Notes: generated from the sequence alone by a model not told the origin. A stretch of 64,000 nucleotides of DNA from an uncultured Candidatus Binatia bacterium (GCA_965214605.1 OZ243961.1:3392001-3456000); one strand, 5' to 3'. Shown: positions 38,227 to 48,660, numbered from the stretch's first letter. Translations and numbers: made by a program.

Positions 38227-39660
38227 ATGGCCAATACCAAAACCGTCTCTGTCGTATGTGGTGATACACGTGTTAATGCTCAACTGCCGGACCGGACATC
38301 GATCTTGCGATCCCCGGCTCCACTGCCCGCGCTTGCCGACCCCGAGGCCGCGATCCGGGCGGCCTTGGCCGCCCCGATTCAGCATGAGCCGATCGCCAAA
38401 CTAGTCGGTCCGGCCTCGAAGGTCACGATTGCGTTTGATGATCCCGTTATCCCCCAAATCCCGATGACCCCCCCCGACTTTCGCGCCATGGCCATTCCGA
38501 TTCTCCTCCAAGAACTCGAAAAGGCCGGTGTTCAGCGCCATAACGTCACCCTGATCTGTGCCAACGCCTTACACCGCAAATGGACGACGAGCGAGCTGGA
38601 AACCATCCTCGGACCCCAGGTCACAAACACCTTTGGGCCGAGTCGTCTCCTGTGTCACGACGCCGAAGACCGGGAGAACTTGGTGGCCTTGGGCGAAACC
38701 CACCGCAGCATTGAGGTGGAGATCAACAGGGCCGTCGTGGACTCCGATCAGGTCTTTTACGTCAACATCACCAGTTTGCCGTTTCACGGAGGCTGGAAGT
38801 CGGTGGCGATTGGCCTGAGTTCCTTTCGTTCGATTCGACATCACCACCGGCCGTTTCGGGCCGCTAGCGGCAAGTCGGTCATGGATGCCAAGCGCTCGTC
38901 ATTCCAAAAGCTGGTGGGAGAAATTGGGACGATTATCGACCAAGCCCTGGCCGAAAAGGGGCGCCGTATCTTTACCCTTGAATCAGTGCTCAACAGCAAC
39001 CAACCGGCCGAACTAGTGGCGGTCTTTGCCGGACATATTCCTGAGGTGCACGAGCGGACCTTAGCCAAGCTCTACGAGCAGCAGGTCCTGCCCGTGTCCC
39101 GGCAGACCGATGTCGGCATCTTTGGCATTCCTAACCAGACCTACTATGCCAACCTCTCCCAAACCAACCCGATCTTGGTCCGCAACCAGGCTCTGTCGTA
39201 CAGTTTTGGTCTGTACCAACAGCGTCCTTTGATCCGTGAGGGGGGGATTGGGATTTTCGTCAATCCGTGCATGCCGCGCTTCCACGCCCGCCATCATCCC
39301 TCTTATATCGAGCTGTATGACGAACATCTGTCCGAGACCCAGGACCCGTTTGAGCTGTGGGAGTTGTTCGCCGACGATTTTGCCCATCGGCCCGAATATG
39401 TGCACAAATACCGCTATGCGTACGGGTTTCATGGCTCGCACCCGCTGATTCTCTGGGGGCAGGGTGCATTTCCACTCAGACATATGGGACGCGCCTTTTT
39501 GGCCGGGGCCCAAGACCCCGACGCCGCCCGGCGGATCGGCTTTGAGCCCTTTGCCACGCTTGAAGAGGCCGTTGCCGAAGCTGAGGCGTGTTTGGGGAAA
39601 GACTGTACGATTACCCATCCTTCGATGCCGCCGATGTTTGTCACCTCAGTAGACGCCTAA
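38227..39660 (+). CDS. Lactate racemase (LarA/DUF2088) domain protein
   Basis: Motifs VTIAFDD, ANALHRK, CHDAED and GGWKS; RBS GGAGG before ATG 38227. Confidence 0.82.
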   Translation: MANTKTVSVVCGDTRVNAQLPDRTSILRSPAPLPALADPEAAIRAALAAPIQHEPIAKLVGPASKVTIAFDDPVIPQIPMTPPDFRAMAIPILLQELEKAGVQRHNVTLICANALHRKWTTSELETILGPQVTNTFGPSRLLCHDAEDRENLVALGETHRSIEVEINRAVVDSDQVFYVNITSLPFHGGWKSVAIGLSSFRSIRHHHRPFRAASGKSVMDAKRSSFQKLVGEIGTIIDQALAEKGRRIFTLESVLNSNQPAELVAVFAGHIPEVHERTLAKLYEQQVLPVSRQTDVGIFGIPNQTYYANLSQTNPILVRNQALSYSFGLYQQRPLIREGGIGIFVNPCMPRFHARHHPSYIELYDEHLSETQDPFELWELFADDFAHRPEYVHKYRYAYGFHGSHPLILWGQGAFPLRHMGRAFLAGAQDPDAARRIGFEPFATLEEAVAEAEACLGKDCTITHPSMPPMFVTSVDA

Positions 39661-39670
39661 GCAGGATGCC

Positions 39671-40441
39671 TTAGTCGAACTGAGCACGATAAATCCGTTG
39701 GCGTCGGGAGCTGTCGGACAGCTTGCGGAACAGGAGGCCCCGAAAGACCATCAGGACGTACAGCAGCCCGGCGTTTAGGACGGCCACCAGCAGCGCGGCG
39801 GGTGAGCCCGACAGCAGGCCGCTCAACAGCGTCGGAAAAGACAGCTGTCCAATCTCTAGCGGAGCGGTCAAGATTGACAGCGGCAGGATGACCGCTGAAA
39901 CCAGCGCTAGAACAACTAGCGGGGCAAACCACTCAACTCCGTTCTCCCACAGAAAATCTAGGCTTTCCTGGAGCATGGCGAACCCGGCGCTGCGGCCCTG
40001 ATAGATGATCTCCGGGATCGGGTTCAGAATGATTAACAGGACGAGGTCAATAATAGACAAAACCGTTTGTGAGGACTGACTCGGAACGACCAGGATGCCG
40101 AGTATGATGCGCAGGACGAACATGAAAAACAGCATGCTAATGACCGGGCCCCAGTACGGCCGCCAACTGTTGACTAACTCCCGGGGCCGAACCCGGTTTC
40201 CCTGCACGACCTCGGAGATGAAATATAAATACGAGCCGCTACACATGGCCAGCATAAACCCCAGGATGAAACCGCCGACTATGCCCAGCAGAGAGGCGAA
40301 TCTGGCCACCACGAGCAGGATCAACAGATACACGAAGGGCAGCAGGGCCACCCACCAGGAGCGCTGGATTTTTTGCCAGGTTTCGAGAGCGGCGGTGTAA
40401 TACAGGTGCAGCGTGGCTCGGATTAGGGCAGCCCAGTCCAT
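39671..40441 (-). CDS. Hypothetical integral membrane protein
   Basis: About 6 hydrophobic segments; NPIPEIIYQ; 12 bp from the nitroreductase gene. Confidence 0.8.
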   Translation of the reverse strand: MDWAALIRATLHLYYTAALETWQKIQRSWWVALLPFVYLLILLVVARFASLLGIVGGFILGFMLAMCSGSYLYFISEVVQGNRVRPRELVNSWRPYWGPVISMLFFMFVLRIILGILVVPSQSSQTVLSIIDLVLLIILNPIPEIIYQGRSAGFAMLQESLDFLWENGVEWFAPLVVLALVSAVILPLSILTAPLEIGQLSFPTLLSGLLSGSPAALLVAVLNAGLLYVLMVFRGLLFRKLSDSSRRQRIYRAQFD

Positions 40442-40453
40442 GGTCCGTCCTGT

Positions 40454-41098
40454 CTATTTGTACGGCGTGCCCCAGCGGTCTTGAAAGGTCACGGCTTCGA
40501 GCCCCAGCCGTGATACCGGGCCGAACCGCCCGACCGGATAGCCGATCGGAAGAATGGCAAATGTCTCCGCATTGTCGGGCAGTCCCAGGATGTGGTTGAC
40601 CTCTTTTTCAAATAACAGGTGGCGCGTTGTCAGGGTGGCACCCAGACCGAGGCCACGCGCGGCCAACAGCATATTCTGGAGGGCCGGATAGATAGACGCG
40701 CCAGACATTTTTTCCAGGCCGATAGATGCGGCAAAGTCGCCCACCAAGCAGCCAACAATCAGGACTGGCGCCTCATGAAAGTGCTCGGTCAGATAGACTA
40801 CCGCTTTGAGCATACGCCGTTTTTGTTGCTCGGTTTTGCCCGGCGGAGGTGGATTGGATTCGTAGCGCTTCAGGACCACCTGGTCAAGCGCCTTTTTGTA
40901 CAGGACCTGGATCTGCTTTTTGATCTCGGCGTTTTTCGCCACAATAAACCGCCAGTGTTGGGCATCACCTCCGCTTGGGGCGCCTAGTCCGGCGGCAATA
41001 ATCTGCCGAATAAGCGCATCGGGAACCGGAGTCGGTTTCAAGCGACGCATCGCCCGCATCGTATGCATGGCTTCAAACAGTCCAATTTCGTCCGCCAT
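40454..41098 (-). CDS. Nitroreductase family protein
   Basis: Motifs RAMRR, APSGG, QNMLLAARGLGLG and PIGYP. Confidence 0.92.
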   Translation of the reverse strand: MADEIGLFEAMHTMRAMRRLKPTPVPDALIRQIIAAGLGAPSGGDAQHWRFIVAKNAEIKKQIQVLYKKALDQVVLKRYESNPPPPGKTEQQKRRMLKAVVYLTEHFHEAPVLIVGCLVGDFAASIGLEKMSGASIYPALQNMLLAARGLGLGATLTTRHLLFEKEVNHILGLPDNAETFAILPIGYPVGRFGPVSRLGLEAVTFQDRWGTPYK

Positions 41099-41245
41099 AA
41101 AAGGCCCTCCTTTGCCTGCGCTTGTATCATGCAGACTAGCGGAAAGGAATTGCCATGCCTGTCTCCCTCCACCGGATTGAGCGGCTGCACCAAAATGCTC
41201 GTGACGGCAATCGGCGAGATAGAGCGAATCAGGAAGAGCTAGCTG

Positions 41246-42260
41246 TTATACGCCCTCTGACTTGGCCCTCCAGACAAAAGCTCCCGGAGACGCACGGGTG
41301 AGCATCTGGCTGCTAAAGATCACGATTAGCAGGGCGTCCGTCGACAACACGTCATTGGGGACGCTAGGGTCGGCCAAGCCAAAGAACTGTGCGCACGGGT
41401 CGCAGGGAATGCCAGACGGAAAAATCACCCCGCCTCCAGGTCGCCTAGGTCGTGTCTTTAGCCCTTTTCGTCAATACAGCAGTGTGGCAAAGCTCGGCAG
41501 CACGAAGAAGACTAGCGTGCCAAAGCTCATCGGCAGGGGCCGAAAGATCAGTCCCGACCCTAGCAGTAGGCTCTAGCGGAAAAGCACAAAGCCGAATAGG
41601 GCAGAGCGGCCGGCGCGGCGCTAGCCGCATAGAAACGTGGCACGGCCGCTGTCTGTCTCCGTTTTCTAGGGAACTCCGCTAGGTCTCCATAATCCCGGAC
41701 GCGCTCAGGCATGAAAAAGGGGCCTGGCCCATGTCCTCTAGCCCGGATCGGGCGGTCAGTTACTCCCAGGTCGGACTCAGCAAAAAGGCAAGGCCCACCC
41801 GCAGTACATCAGCAGCCCGCACAGCATAACAGCAGCATTATGATCTGTTGCTCAAGACCGCTCGTCCCTCCCGGCGTGACAACCATCATAAAAACGGTGT
41901 ACCGCTACCACATTCGCGTCAGCCGGCTCGTGAACAGAGCCCCCATGGCCTCGGCCGACTGTCCGGCAAAGCTGTCTATCGGAGATGGTAACGCTGGAGT
42001 AAAGCCCCGGGGCCACCGACAACGGTGGAGGAGGATAGCGCCACAAAGCCGAAGCCACTCAAAGCCCCGGCTGAGTGTGGCCTCAGAGCTTAAAAGAGCG
42101 GCTGACGACGTCACGAGATCGATCAGAGATTCGGCCTGAAAGACCTACGGTCCGTACAGCGTAGGGAGACCACAACGAACGAGAAGCGCCGGATATTGCC
42201 GAACTCAATTGCCGTTAAGAGAAAGCCAAATGAGCCTGACTTGTCACGGGACCGTACCAG
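41246..42260 (-). pseudogene. Probable decayed membrane-protein gene
   Basis: No credible intact ORF in about 1.2 kb; hydrophobic minus-strand fragments interrupted by stops (LLLGSGLIFRPLPMSFGTLVFFVLPSFATLLY*..., DALLIVIFSS). Confidence 0.3.
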
Positions 42261-42354
42261 GCGAGTCTCTCTCTGCTCGCCTGGCCTACCGTGGCTGCTG
42301 CTGGACAGGTGGGCAGTCCGGAGTGTGACGCTGTCTGGCCAGCAGCCAGGCTCT

Positions 42355-42840
42355 TTACTCGGCTGGCCCGTACTTGATCAACACGCGGGAGCCGTCCTGA
42401 AAACCTGACCGAAAGCCTTTTTCATACGACCTCCAGCCGTCGGGATATTTCTGCGCCAAGCGTTCAAACAGGAGTGCGATCAGCTCGACGTCCTCGACAA
42501 TTGAGCCGGTGGCATCGAAGGCCGGCCCGTCGGGTTTACCTAGGGCGACCTTGGCTTTTGTGCGGCCTGCTACGATTCGTTTGGCCCGGTGGGTCGTCTT
42601 TGGCGTCCCAACCCACACCGCTCCATCGTGATACATGTACCAGATCTCAGCCGGGCGACCCAAATCACCGCTCTTCCGTTCGCTCGCAATATAGGCGTAT
42701 TTGCTGGTTTTGAGGGCTTCTTCAAGCTCTGCCGGGAACTCGGTCGCTGACACGCGCTGCGACAGGGCTAGTAGACCGCTGAGCGCAATAACGGCGCTTA
42801 CGAAAAGTGCGAGGTGTCGCATAGTCTTCCTCCTGCTCAT
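42355..42840 (-). CDS. Exported pyridoxamine-5'-phosphate-oxidase-like (split barrel) protein
   Basis: Signal peptide; [15 protein letters not shown] and ...KYP pattern; ATGA overlap with the upstream cyclophilin gene. Confidence 0.65.
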   Translation of the reverse strand: MSRRKTMRHLALFVSAVIALSGLLALSQRVSATEFPAELEEALKTSKYAYIASERKSGDLGRPAEIWYMYHDGAVWVGTPKTTHRAKRIVAGRTKAKVALGKPDGPAFDATGSIVEDVELIALLFERLAQKYPDGWRSYEKGFRSGFQDGSRVLIKYGPAE

Positions 42841-43346
42841 TGTGAGTCCTGCTCTTCGGCCCTAATCTCTTTGGCAGAGTGAATCACTACCGGAGTGAGG
42901 GGCACGTCATCGTGCATCCCTTTGCGCCCGGTGGTCACGCCCTCAATCTGGTGCACCACGTTGAGGCCCTCGACAACTTTACCAAACACGCAATAGCCAA
43001 AGTTGGCCTGCCCCTGGTGGTTCAGAAAGGCATTGTCCTTGACGTTGATAAAGAACTGGGATGTGGCCGAATCGACCATATTGGTACGGGCCATAGCAAT
43101 GGTGCCTAGCTCGTTTTTGATCCCGTTGGTGGCTTCGTTCTTAATAGCTGGCTTGGTGCTCTTCTGCTGCATCTCCGGGGTAAAGCCGCCCCCCTGAATC
43201 ATGAAGCCGGCAATCACCCGGTGAAAAATCGTGCCGTCAAAGAACCCGTCGTTGACATAGCTCAGAAAGTTGCTGACGGTCTGGGGCGCTTCTTTTTCGT
43301 ACAACTCAATCTTGATCTCGCCCATTGAGGTTGACAGGAGTACCAC
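42837..43346 (-). CDS. ppiB: Cyclophilin-type PPIase, cytoplasmic (PpiB-like)
   Basis: Motifs [28 protein letters not shown] and GYCVFG; GTG start, no signal peptide. Confidence 0.93.
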   Translation of the reverse strand: MVLLSTSMGEIKIELYEKEAPQTVSNFLSYVNDGFFDGTIFHRVIAGFMIQGGGFTPEMQQKSTKPAIKNEATNGIKNELGTIAMARTNMVDSATSQFFINVKDNAFLNHQGQANFGYCVFGKVVEGLNVVHQIEGVTTGRKGMHDDVPLTPVVIHSAKEIRAEEQDSQ

Positions 43347-43377
43347 AAATCCTCCTTTGTGTGTGTATGGCTAATCG

Positions 43378-43986
43378 TCAACCTGCTTGAGTTGACTCAA
43401 TGGTTGCCGATTGGATCACAATTGGCTCCAAGGGGACGTCATCATACATGCCACGGCGTCCGGTTTGGACAGCTTCGATCTTTTCAACTACATCTAAACC
43501 CTCGACAACTTTGCCAAACACGCAATAGCCAAAGTTGGCCTGCCCCTGGTGGTTCAGAAAGGCGTTGTTTTTGACGTTGATAAAGAACTGGGATGTCGCG
43601 GAATGGATGGCGTTGGTGCGTGCCATAGCGACCGTTCCCTTTTCGTTCTTGATGCCATTGTCGGCCTCGTTTCTAATCGGCCGCTTGGTCGTTTTTTGTT
43701 GCATGTCTTGGGTGAAGCCACCGCCCTGGATCATGAAGTCGGCAATCACCCGGTGAAAAATTGTACCATTGTAAAAGCCGTCGTTGATATAAGCCAGAAA
43801 GTTTTTGACCGTCTCGGGCGCTTCTTCTTCGTACAGGCCGATCTTAATATCACCCACTGAGGTTGCCAGGACGACAACCGGTCCGCTTGGCGGATCGGCT
43901 TCGGAACAGGCGGGAAAAGTGATGAGCAAAACACCGGTAAAAGCAATGATCCAGGCAGCACTCCGCATCTTCGGTTCCCCTCTCAT
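43378..43986 (-). CDS. ppiA: Cyclophilin-type PPIase, exported (PpiA-like)
   Basis: Same motifs plus an N-terminal signal with possible lipobox (ITFPA-C). Confidence 0.92.
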   Translation of the reverse strand: MRGEPKMRSAAWIIAFTGVLLITFPACSEADPPSGPVVVLATSVGDIKIGLYEEEAPETVKNFLAYINDGFYNGTIFHRVIADFMIQGGGFTQDMQQKTTKRPIRNEADNGIKNEKGTVAMARTNAIHSATSQFFINVKNNAFLNHQGQANFGYCVFGKVVEGLDVVEKIEAVQTGRRGMYDDVPLEPIVIQSATIESTQAG

Positions 43987-44098
43987 TTCAAGCTTGCAGT
44001 GCGCCGCTTCTTGTATCCTAGCCGCTAGAGGAAGAAAAGACCCCGGCTAGGGGGCGGGACGCTCGTTTCTCAAGGCAAAGGTTCAGACCAAGCATGCC

Positions 44099-44731
44099 CT
44101 AGAGCTGCTCCAAGTAGGCAATCACGTCGCTGGCGTGGACCACATCGCCGTATTTCGCCCCAATGTCAAACACGTTGGCCTCGTGCGGCTCTTGGGCGCG
44201 GTCGCCGATGGCTTCGATGGGGACGATCGGGCGGAAACCATGGGCGAGTGCGTCCATAACGGTTGCCCGGACACAGCCGCTGGTCGTGCAGCCGGTAACA
44301 ATCAGGGTATCGACGGCTTTCATTGTGAGCGTTGAGGCCAGATAGGTACCAAAGAAGCCCGATGCATACTTCTTGACGATGATCAGATCATGGTCCTGGC
44401 GGTCGAGACGTGGGTCGAGTTCAACCAGCTTACTGCTCACGGTCAGTAAACGCAGAGACGGCACCTTCTCTGGCCATAAACCGGCGTCGTCCTGACGGTG
44501 GGGATCATAGCCGACAACGGTAAAGATGATCGGCACGTCTTTTTTGCGGGCGGCTGTAATGAGCTGGTTTGTGGCCATCACTTCGGCGTCGAGATTGCCG
44601 GCCAAGGGCGATTGCTCCGGGGCGGTGAAACCCAGCTGAAAATCGACCACAATCAGCGCGGGTTTTTGGCCGTAGCCAAGGACATGGCCGAGTTGGGCGT
44701 GTTTGTAGATGGTGTGTTTATCTTGTGCCAT
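44099..44731 (-). CDS. Isochorismatase-family amidohydrolase (N-carbamoylsarcosine/maleamate amidase-like)
   Basis: Asp-Lys-Cys triad: VVDFQ, KKYAS, TTSGCVRAT. Confidence 0.9.
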   Translation of the reverse strand: MAQDKHTIYKHAQLGHVLGYGQKPALIVVDFQLGFTAPEQSPLAGNLDAEVMATNQLITAARKKDVPIIFTVVGYDPHRQDDAGLWPEKVPSLRLLTVSSKLVELDPRLDRQDHDLIIVKKYASGFFGTYLASTLTMKAVDTLIVTGCTTSGCVRATVMDALAHGFRPIVPIEAIGDRAQEPHEANVFDIGAKYGDVVHASDVIAYLEQL

Positions 44732-44741
44732 AGCGTGTGCC

Positions 44742-45062
44742 TTACGGTTTTGGAGCCATGAAGACCAAGACGGTGAGGCGGTCCGGACCCAGGTTGCGGA
44801 AGCCGTGTTCAGAGCCGGACGGAGCAAGGGTGATATCACCCGGACCGATATCTTTCGTTTCGTTGTCAACCTGAACACAGCCGTTTCCCTCGAGCACATA
44901 GTAGACCTTGTCCGAACCCTCGTGGGTGTGGGGAGTTTGTTCCTGACCGGGCTCAAAACAATACACGTCGCAGAACATCCGCTCGGTGGTAAACAGGTTG
45001 ACCTTCTTCATCTTCTCGGCCGCAAACGTGACCTGGGCCGGTACGTGTTTAACATTCTCCAT
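44742..45062 (-). CDS. Cupin domain protein
   Basis: Motifs PHTH...YVLEG and GPGD...PSGSEH. Confidence 0.88.
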   Translation of the reverse strand: MENVKHVPAQVTFAAEKMKKVNLFTTERMFCDVYCFEPGQEQTPHTHEGSDKVYYVLEGNGCVQVDNETKDIGPGDITLAPSGSEHGFRNLGPDRLTVLVFMAPKP

Positions 45063-45079
45063 AGGATGCGCCCTTTCCC

Positions 45080-46498
45080 TTATAGGCCGCGGGGTTGGAC
45101 CACCTGCCCGACAAATTGACCGCTCGGCGCTTGGCCCACAATCTCCCCATCTTCCATGACCAAGACGCCCCGCAGAAAGGTCATCACCGGAATGCCTTTA
45201 ACCTGGCGTCCTTCCCACAGTGAGTAATCCGCTCGGGAACGCATACGGTCTACGCCGAGTACGGCTTCTTTCTCGGGATCAATGATGACGATATCGGCAT
45301 CCGCTCCGAGAGTCAGCGCGCCTTTCTTTGGGTAGACGCCGTACAGCTTGGCGGCGTTCTCGGACAAGACTTTGGCCAGTGTCACGAGATCAATCCGTCC
45401 GGTGTTTATCCCCTCGTTGAACATCAGGGGCAGCGTATCGGCTACCTGCAAATTGATGCCCACCCGGCAATCCCAGAAGTCTCCGTCCGTCTTAAACGAC
45501 GCCGAATAGGTTAGGCTATCCGTACCAACAGTGGACAGGCTGCCTTCCTGAAGACCCTGCCACAGGCGTTCTCTGTCGGTCGCAAACCGAATCGGAGGTT
45601 GGATTTTGGCTTTGCCGGCCATGCCTTTGGCATCCATCTCGGGCGCTGTGGTGTTGAGAAAACAAGCCACGGTTTCGCCAACGACATTCAAGCCCTGGCT
45701 ACGCAGCCGCTTGACCGTCTCTACTGTGTGAGCGGAGCTGATGTGAACCGGATAGAGCGGCACCCGCAGCTGGTTGGCAATCAGCCCATAGGTGTAGACC
45801 TGTACGCTTTCAGCCCAGGCCGGGCTTGACTCTGCCCAGGCGGTGAGTTGGTCGGCCCGGCCCGTCTCCCGCAGACGGTCAATCAGGATACCCCGCACAT
45901 AGGGGTCTTCGGCGTGAATCTTGGCAAACGTTGGCGGGCCGCAGCGGGCTAGCTGTTCACACGCCTGATGAAAAAATGCCGGGGTGATGCCTTCGGGGTT
46001 CATGCCGAACGCCTCGGCCTGGGAGCCGGCATAGCCGGTAAAAAATTTGTAGGACACGCTGCCTTTTTTAGCCGCGGCAGGGATGTCCGCCACTTGATTG
46101 AGAGTATTGACCACACTGGTGATCTTAAAGTCGCACCACGAGTGGCCGGTTCCGCACTGGAGGGCCTGATCGAACAGGTCCGGCAGTGGCTGTTGGCCAA
46201 TCAGGGTCGTGGTGGCGATCGTCGTTACCCCGCCGATTAGACAATCCTTCGTATCACGCAGGAAATCCTCGGTCATGGCGTCATCCCCAAAGCGGTCGGC
46301 AATACCGAAGTGGACATGTGGATCAAAGGTACCTGGGAAAATAATTTTTCCCTGCACGTCAATAGTCCGTTTTGCTTGACCTAGGCTTGAGCCTGCCCCT
46401 ACGGCGACAATCTGTTCGCCCTCAATGGCGAGTCCGCCTTGAATCACCCCGTTTGGAGTCACGACTAAGCCGTTCTTTACAACGATGTCATGCGCCAT
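45080..46498 (-). CDS. Cyclic amidohydrolase (hydantoinase/dihydropyrimidinase-like)
   Basis: Motifs PGTFDPHVH, GGVTT, SYKFF (carbamylated Lys), HAE, HIS, PPIR, GTD and GADAD. Confidence 0.9.
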   Translation of the reverse strand: MAHDIVVKNGLVVTPNGVIQGGLAIEGEQIVAVGAGSSLGQAKRTIDVQGKIIFPGTFDPHVHFGIADRFGDDAMTEDFLRDTKDCLIGGVTTIATTTLIGQQPLPDLFDQALQCGTGHSWCDFKITSVVNTLNQVADIPAAAKKGSVSYKFFTGYAGSQAEAFGMNPEGITPAFFHQACEQLARCGPPTFAKIHAEDPYVRGILIDRLRETGRADQLTAWAESSPAWAESVQVYTYGLIANQLRVPLYPVHISSAHTVETVKRLRSQGLNVVGETVACFLNTTAPEMDAKGMAGKAKIQPPIRFATDRERLWQGLQEGSLSTVGTDSLTYSASFKTDGDFWDCRVGINLQVADTLPLMFNEGINTGRIDLVTLAKVLSENAAKLYGVYPKKGALTLGADADIVIIDPEKEAVLGVDRMRSRADYSLWEGRQVKGIPVMTFLRGVLVMEDGEIVGQAPSGQFVGQVVQPRGL

Positions 46499-46611
46499 GT
46501 GCTTCTCCCCTTTTGCCCCTGGGCAGAATGATTATCCTGCCACGCCAGGTCCGATGTCAACAAAGTGAACGAGGATAATCATCCCATGCCGGAGACATCA
46601 TCTTGGCGGAG

Positions 46612-47343
46612 CTAATAAGTCACCTTCACCAAAAACAGCCCTTGGGGCGGAGCCGTCCGGCCCGCCCGTGTCCGATCATGGGCGGCAAATATCCGGGCGA
46701 AGTCCCTAACGCTCAGCCCGCCGCGTCCGACATCATACAGCGTGCCAACAATATTGCGGACCATGTGACGAACAAAAGAGCGCGCTTCAACATCGTACAC
46801 GAGCACCTTATCGGCGTGACGGACTGTGCTGTGCAGCACAGTCCGTACGGGATCGTACTCGACCGAATCTGCGCCCTGAAAAGACGAAAAATCGTGTCGG
46901 CCAACTAACAGGCCGGCCGCCTGGTTCATGGCGTCGACGTCGAGGGGAAACGGCACATGCCAGCTATAGCGGGTCCACACGGCCGAACGAGTGGACCGAT
47001 TCCAAATCTGGTAGCGATAGACGCGGCTCCGCGCGTCGCGACGGGGGTTGAACGTCTCGCTCGTGCTCTCAAGCTGCTTGATGGCCATGTCTGTGGGCAG
47101 CAGGGCATTGAGGCTGTGTTGGAGCCGCCAGGGGTTACGCGCCTGGCGGGTTCGAAAGACCACGACTTGGCCTAGGGCGTGCACGCCGGTGTCGGTTCGG
47201 CCGGCCGCCCGAACGCGGACAGGTTCGTTGAAGAGACGGACTAAGACGGCTTCTAGCGTGCCTTGGAGGGTCACCGCGTTGGCCTGCCGCTGCCAACCAT
47301 GATAGTTGGTGCCATCGTATTCGAGAGTGCACCTATACTGCAT
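46612..47343 (-). CDS. truA: tRNA pseudouridine(38-40) synthase
   Basis: Motifs YDGTNYHGWQRQ, AGRTDTGVHA, HMVRNIVG and TAPPQGL. Confidence 0.96.
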   Translation of the reverse strand: MQYRCTLEYDGTNYHGWQRQANAVTLQGTLEAVLVRLFNEPVRVRAAGRTDTGVHALGQVVVFRTRQARNPWRLQHSLNALLPTDMAIKQLESTSETFNPRRDARSRVYRYQIWNRSTRSAVWTRYSWHVPFPLDVDAMNQAAGLLVGRHDFSSFQGADSVEYDPVRTVLHSTVRHADKVLVYDVEARSFVRHMVRNIVGTLYDVGRGGLSVRDFARIFAAHDRTRAGRTAPPQGLFLVKVTY

Positions 47344-47508
47344 GACTCACCTCATCATACTTAATTCCCCCTCAGGCTGATAGCGTCCAAACCGGCCGAG
47401 CCACTTTCCCTCAAGCCGTCTTGTCTTGTGGGATTTGCAAATTTCCGACAAAGTAGCATAGTGAGGCTGCTGCTTGAGCCGGATGCAGCGGAATAGAAGG
47501 GAGAATAT

Positions 47509-48660
47509 ATGGGCGTTTTATCCGGATATAAGGTCGTTGAGTTTGCGGGTATTGGTCCTGCTCCGATGTGCGCGATGTTGCTCTCAGACATGGGCGCTGA
47601 GGTCCTGCGGATCGACCGGGCTGAGGATGCTAGTCTAGGGATCCCAACCGACGCGAAGTTTAATCTTCTCGGGCGCGGACGTCGCTCGGTGGCACTTGAT
47701 CTGAAGAAAAAGGACGGTGTCGAGGTCGCCCTCAGACTGGTTGAGCAGGCTGATGCGCTGATCGAGGGCTTCCGGCCTGGGGTGATGGAGCGCTTAGGAC
47801 TTGGACCGGAGGTGTGTATGGCCCGTAACAAGCCTCTCGTCTACGGTCGCATGACCGGCTGGGGCCAGGAGGGGCCGCTGGCTTCTGTTGTGGGCCACGA
47901 TATCAATTACATCTCTCTGGTTGGCGCCCTGCATTCGATTGGCCGCAAGGGCGAAGCCCCGCTTCCTCCGTTGAACCTCGTTGGCGACTTTGGTGGGGGT
48001 GGGGTGTATCTTGCCCTTGGCGTGGTCGGGGCGCTCTTGGAAGCCCACAAGTCGGGGAAAGGTCAGGTTATTGATGTAGCCATGATTGACGGCGCAGCGT
48101 CGTTGATGACGGCGATTTTCGGACTCCGAGCGGCCGGTCGTTGGACCGACGAGCGGGGGGATAACATCCTTGATACCGGGGCTCACTATTACAATGTTTA
48201 CGAAACCAGTGATGGGAAATACATCGGCATCGGGTCGATAGAATCGAAGTTCTACGCTGAACTCCTGCGGTTGACCGGTCTTGAGGGGCAGGAGTTGCCG
48301 CGCCAAAATGATAAGGCAGCCTGGCCGGCCTTCAAAGACCGCCTGGTGGCCATCTTCAAGAGCAAGACGCGGGACGAGTGGGACCAGATCCTGGAGGGCA
48401 GCGACGTGTGTTACGCGCCTGTCCTGAGTATGGAAGAAGCCCCGAATCATCCCCATAACAAGGCGCGAGGGACTTTTGTGGAGATTGACGGAGTTCCGCA
48501 ACCCGCCCCGGCTCCGCGTTTTAGCCGCACGCCCAGTGCCATACAGCGGCCGCCTGCCAGCCCTGGCGAACATACCGAGGAAGCCTTAATTGATTGGGGT
48601 TTTGAGAGCGCGGATCTTGAACGGCTGCGCAACAGCGGCGCGCTCGGAGTCCGCGGTTAA
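47509..48660 (+). CDS. CaiB/BaiF family (alpha-methylacyl-CoA racemase-like)
   Basis: Motifs FAGIGPAP, EGFRPGVMERLGLG, GHDINY, NLVGDFGGG and PAPAPRFS. Confidence 0.93.
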   Translation: MGVLSGYKVVEFAGIGPAPMCAMLLSDMGAEVLRIDRAEDASLGIPTDAKFNLLGRGRRSVALDLKKKDGVEVALRLVEQADALIEGFRPGVMERLGLGPEVCMARNKPLVYGRMTGWGQEGPLASVVGHDINYISLVGALHSIGRKGEAPLPPLNLVGDFGGGGVYLALGVVGALLEAHKSGKGQVIDVAMIDGAASLMTAIFGLRAAGRWTDERGDNILDTGAHYYNVYETSDGKYIGIGSIESKFYAELLRLTGLEGQELPRQNDKAAWPAFKDRLVAIFKSKTRDEWDQILEGSDVCYAPVLSMEEAPNHPHNKARGTFVEIDGVPQPAPAPRFSRTPSAIQRPPASPGEHTEEALIDWGFESADLERLRNSGALGVRG

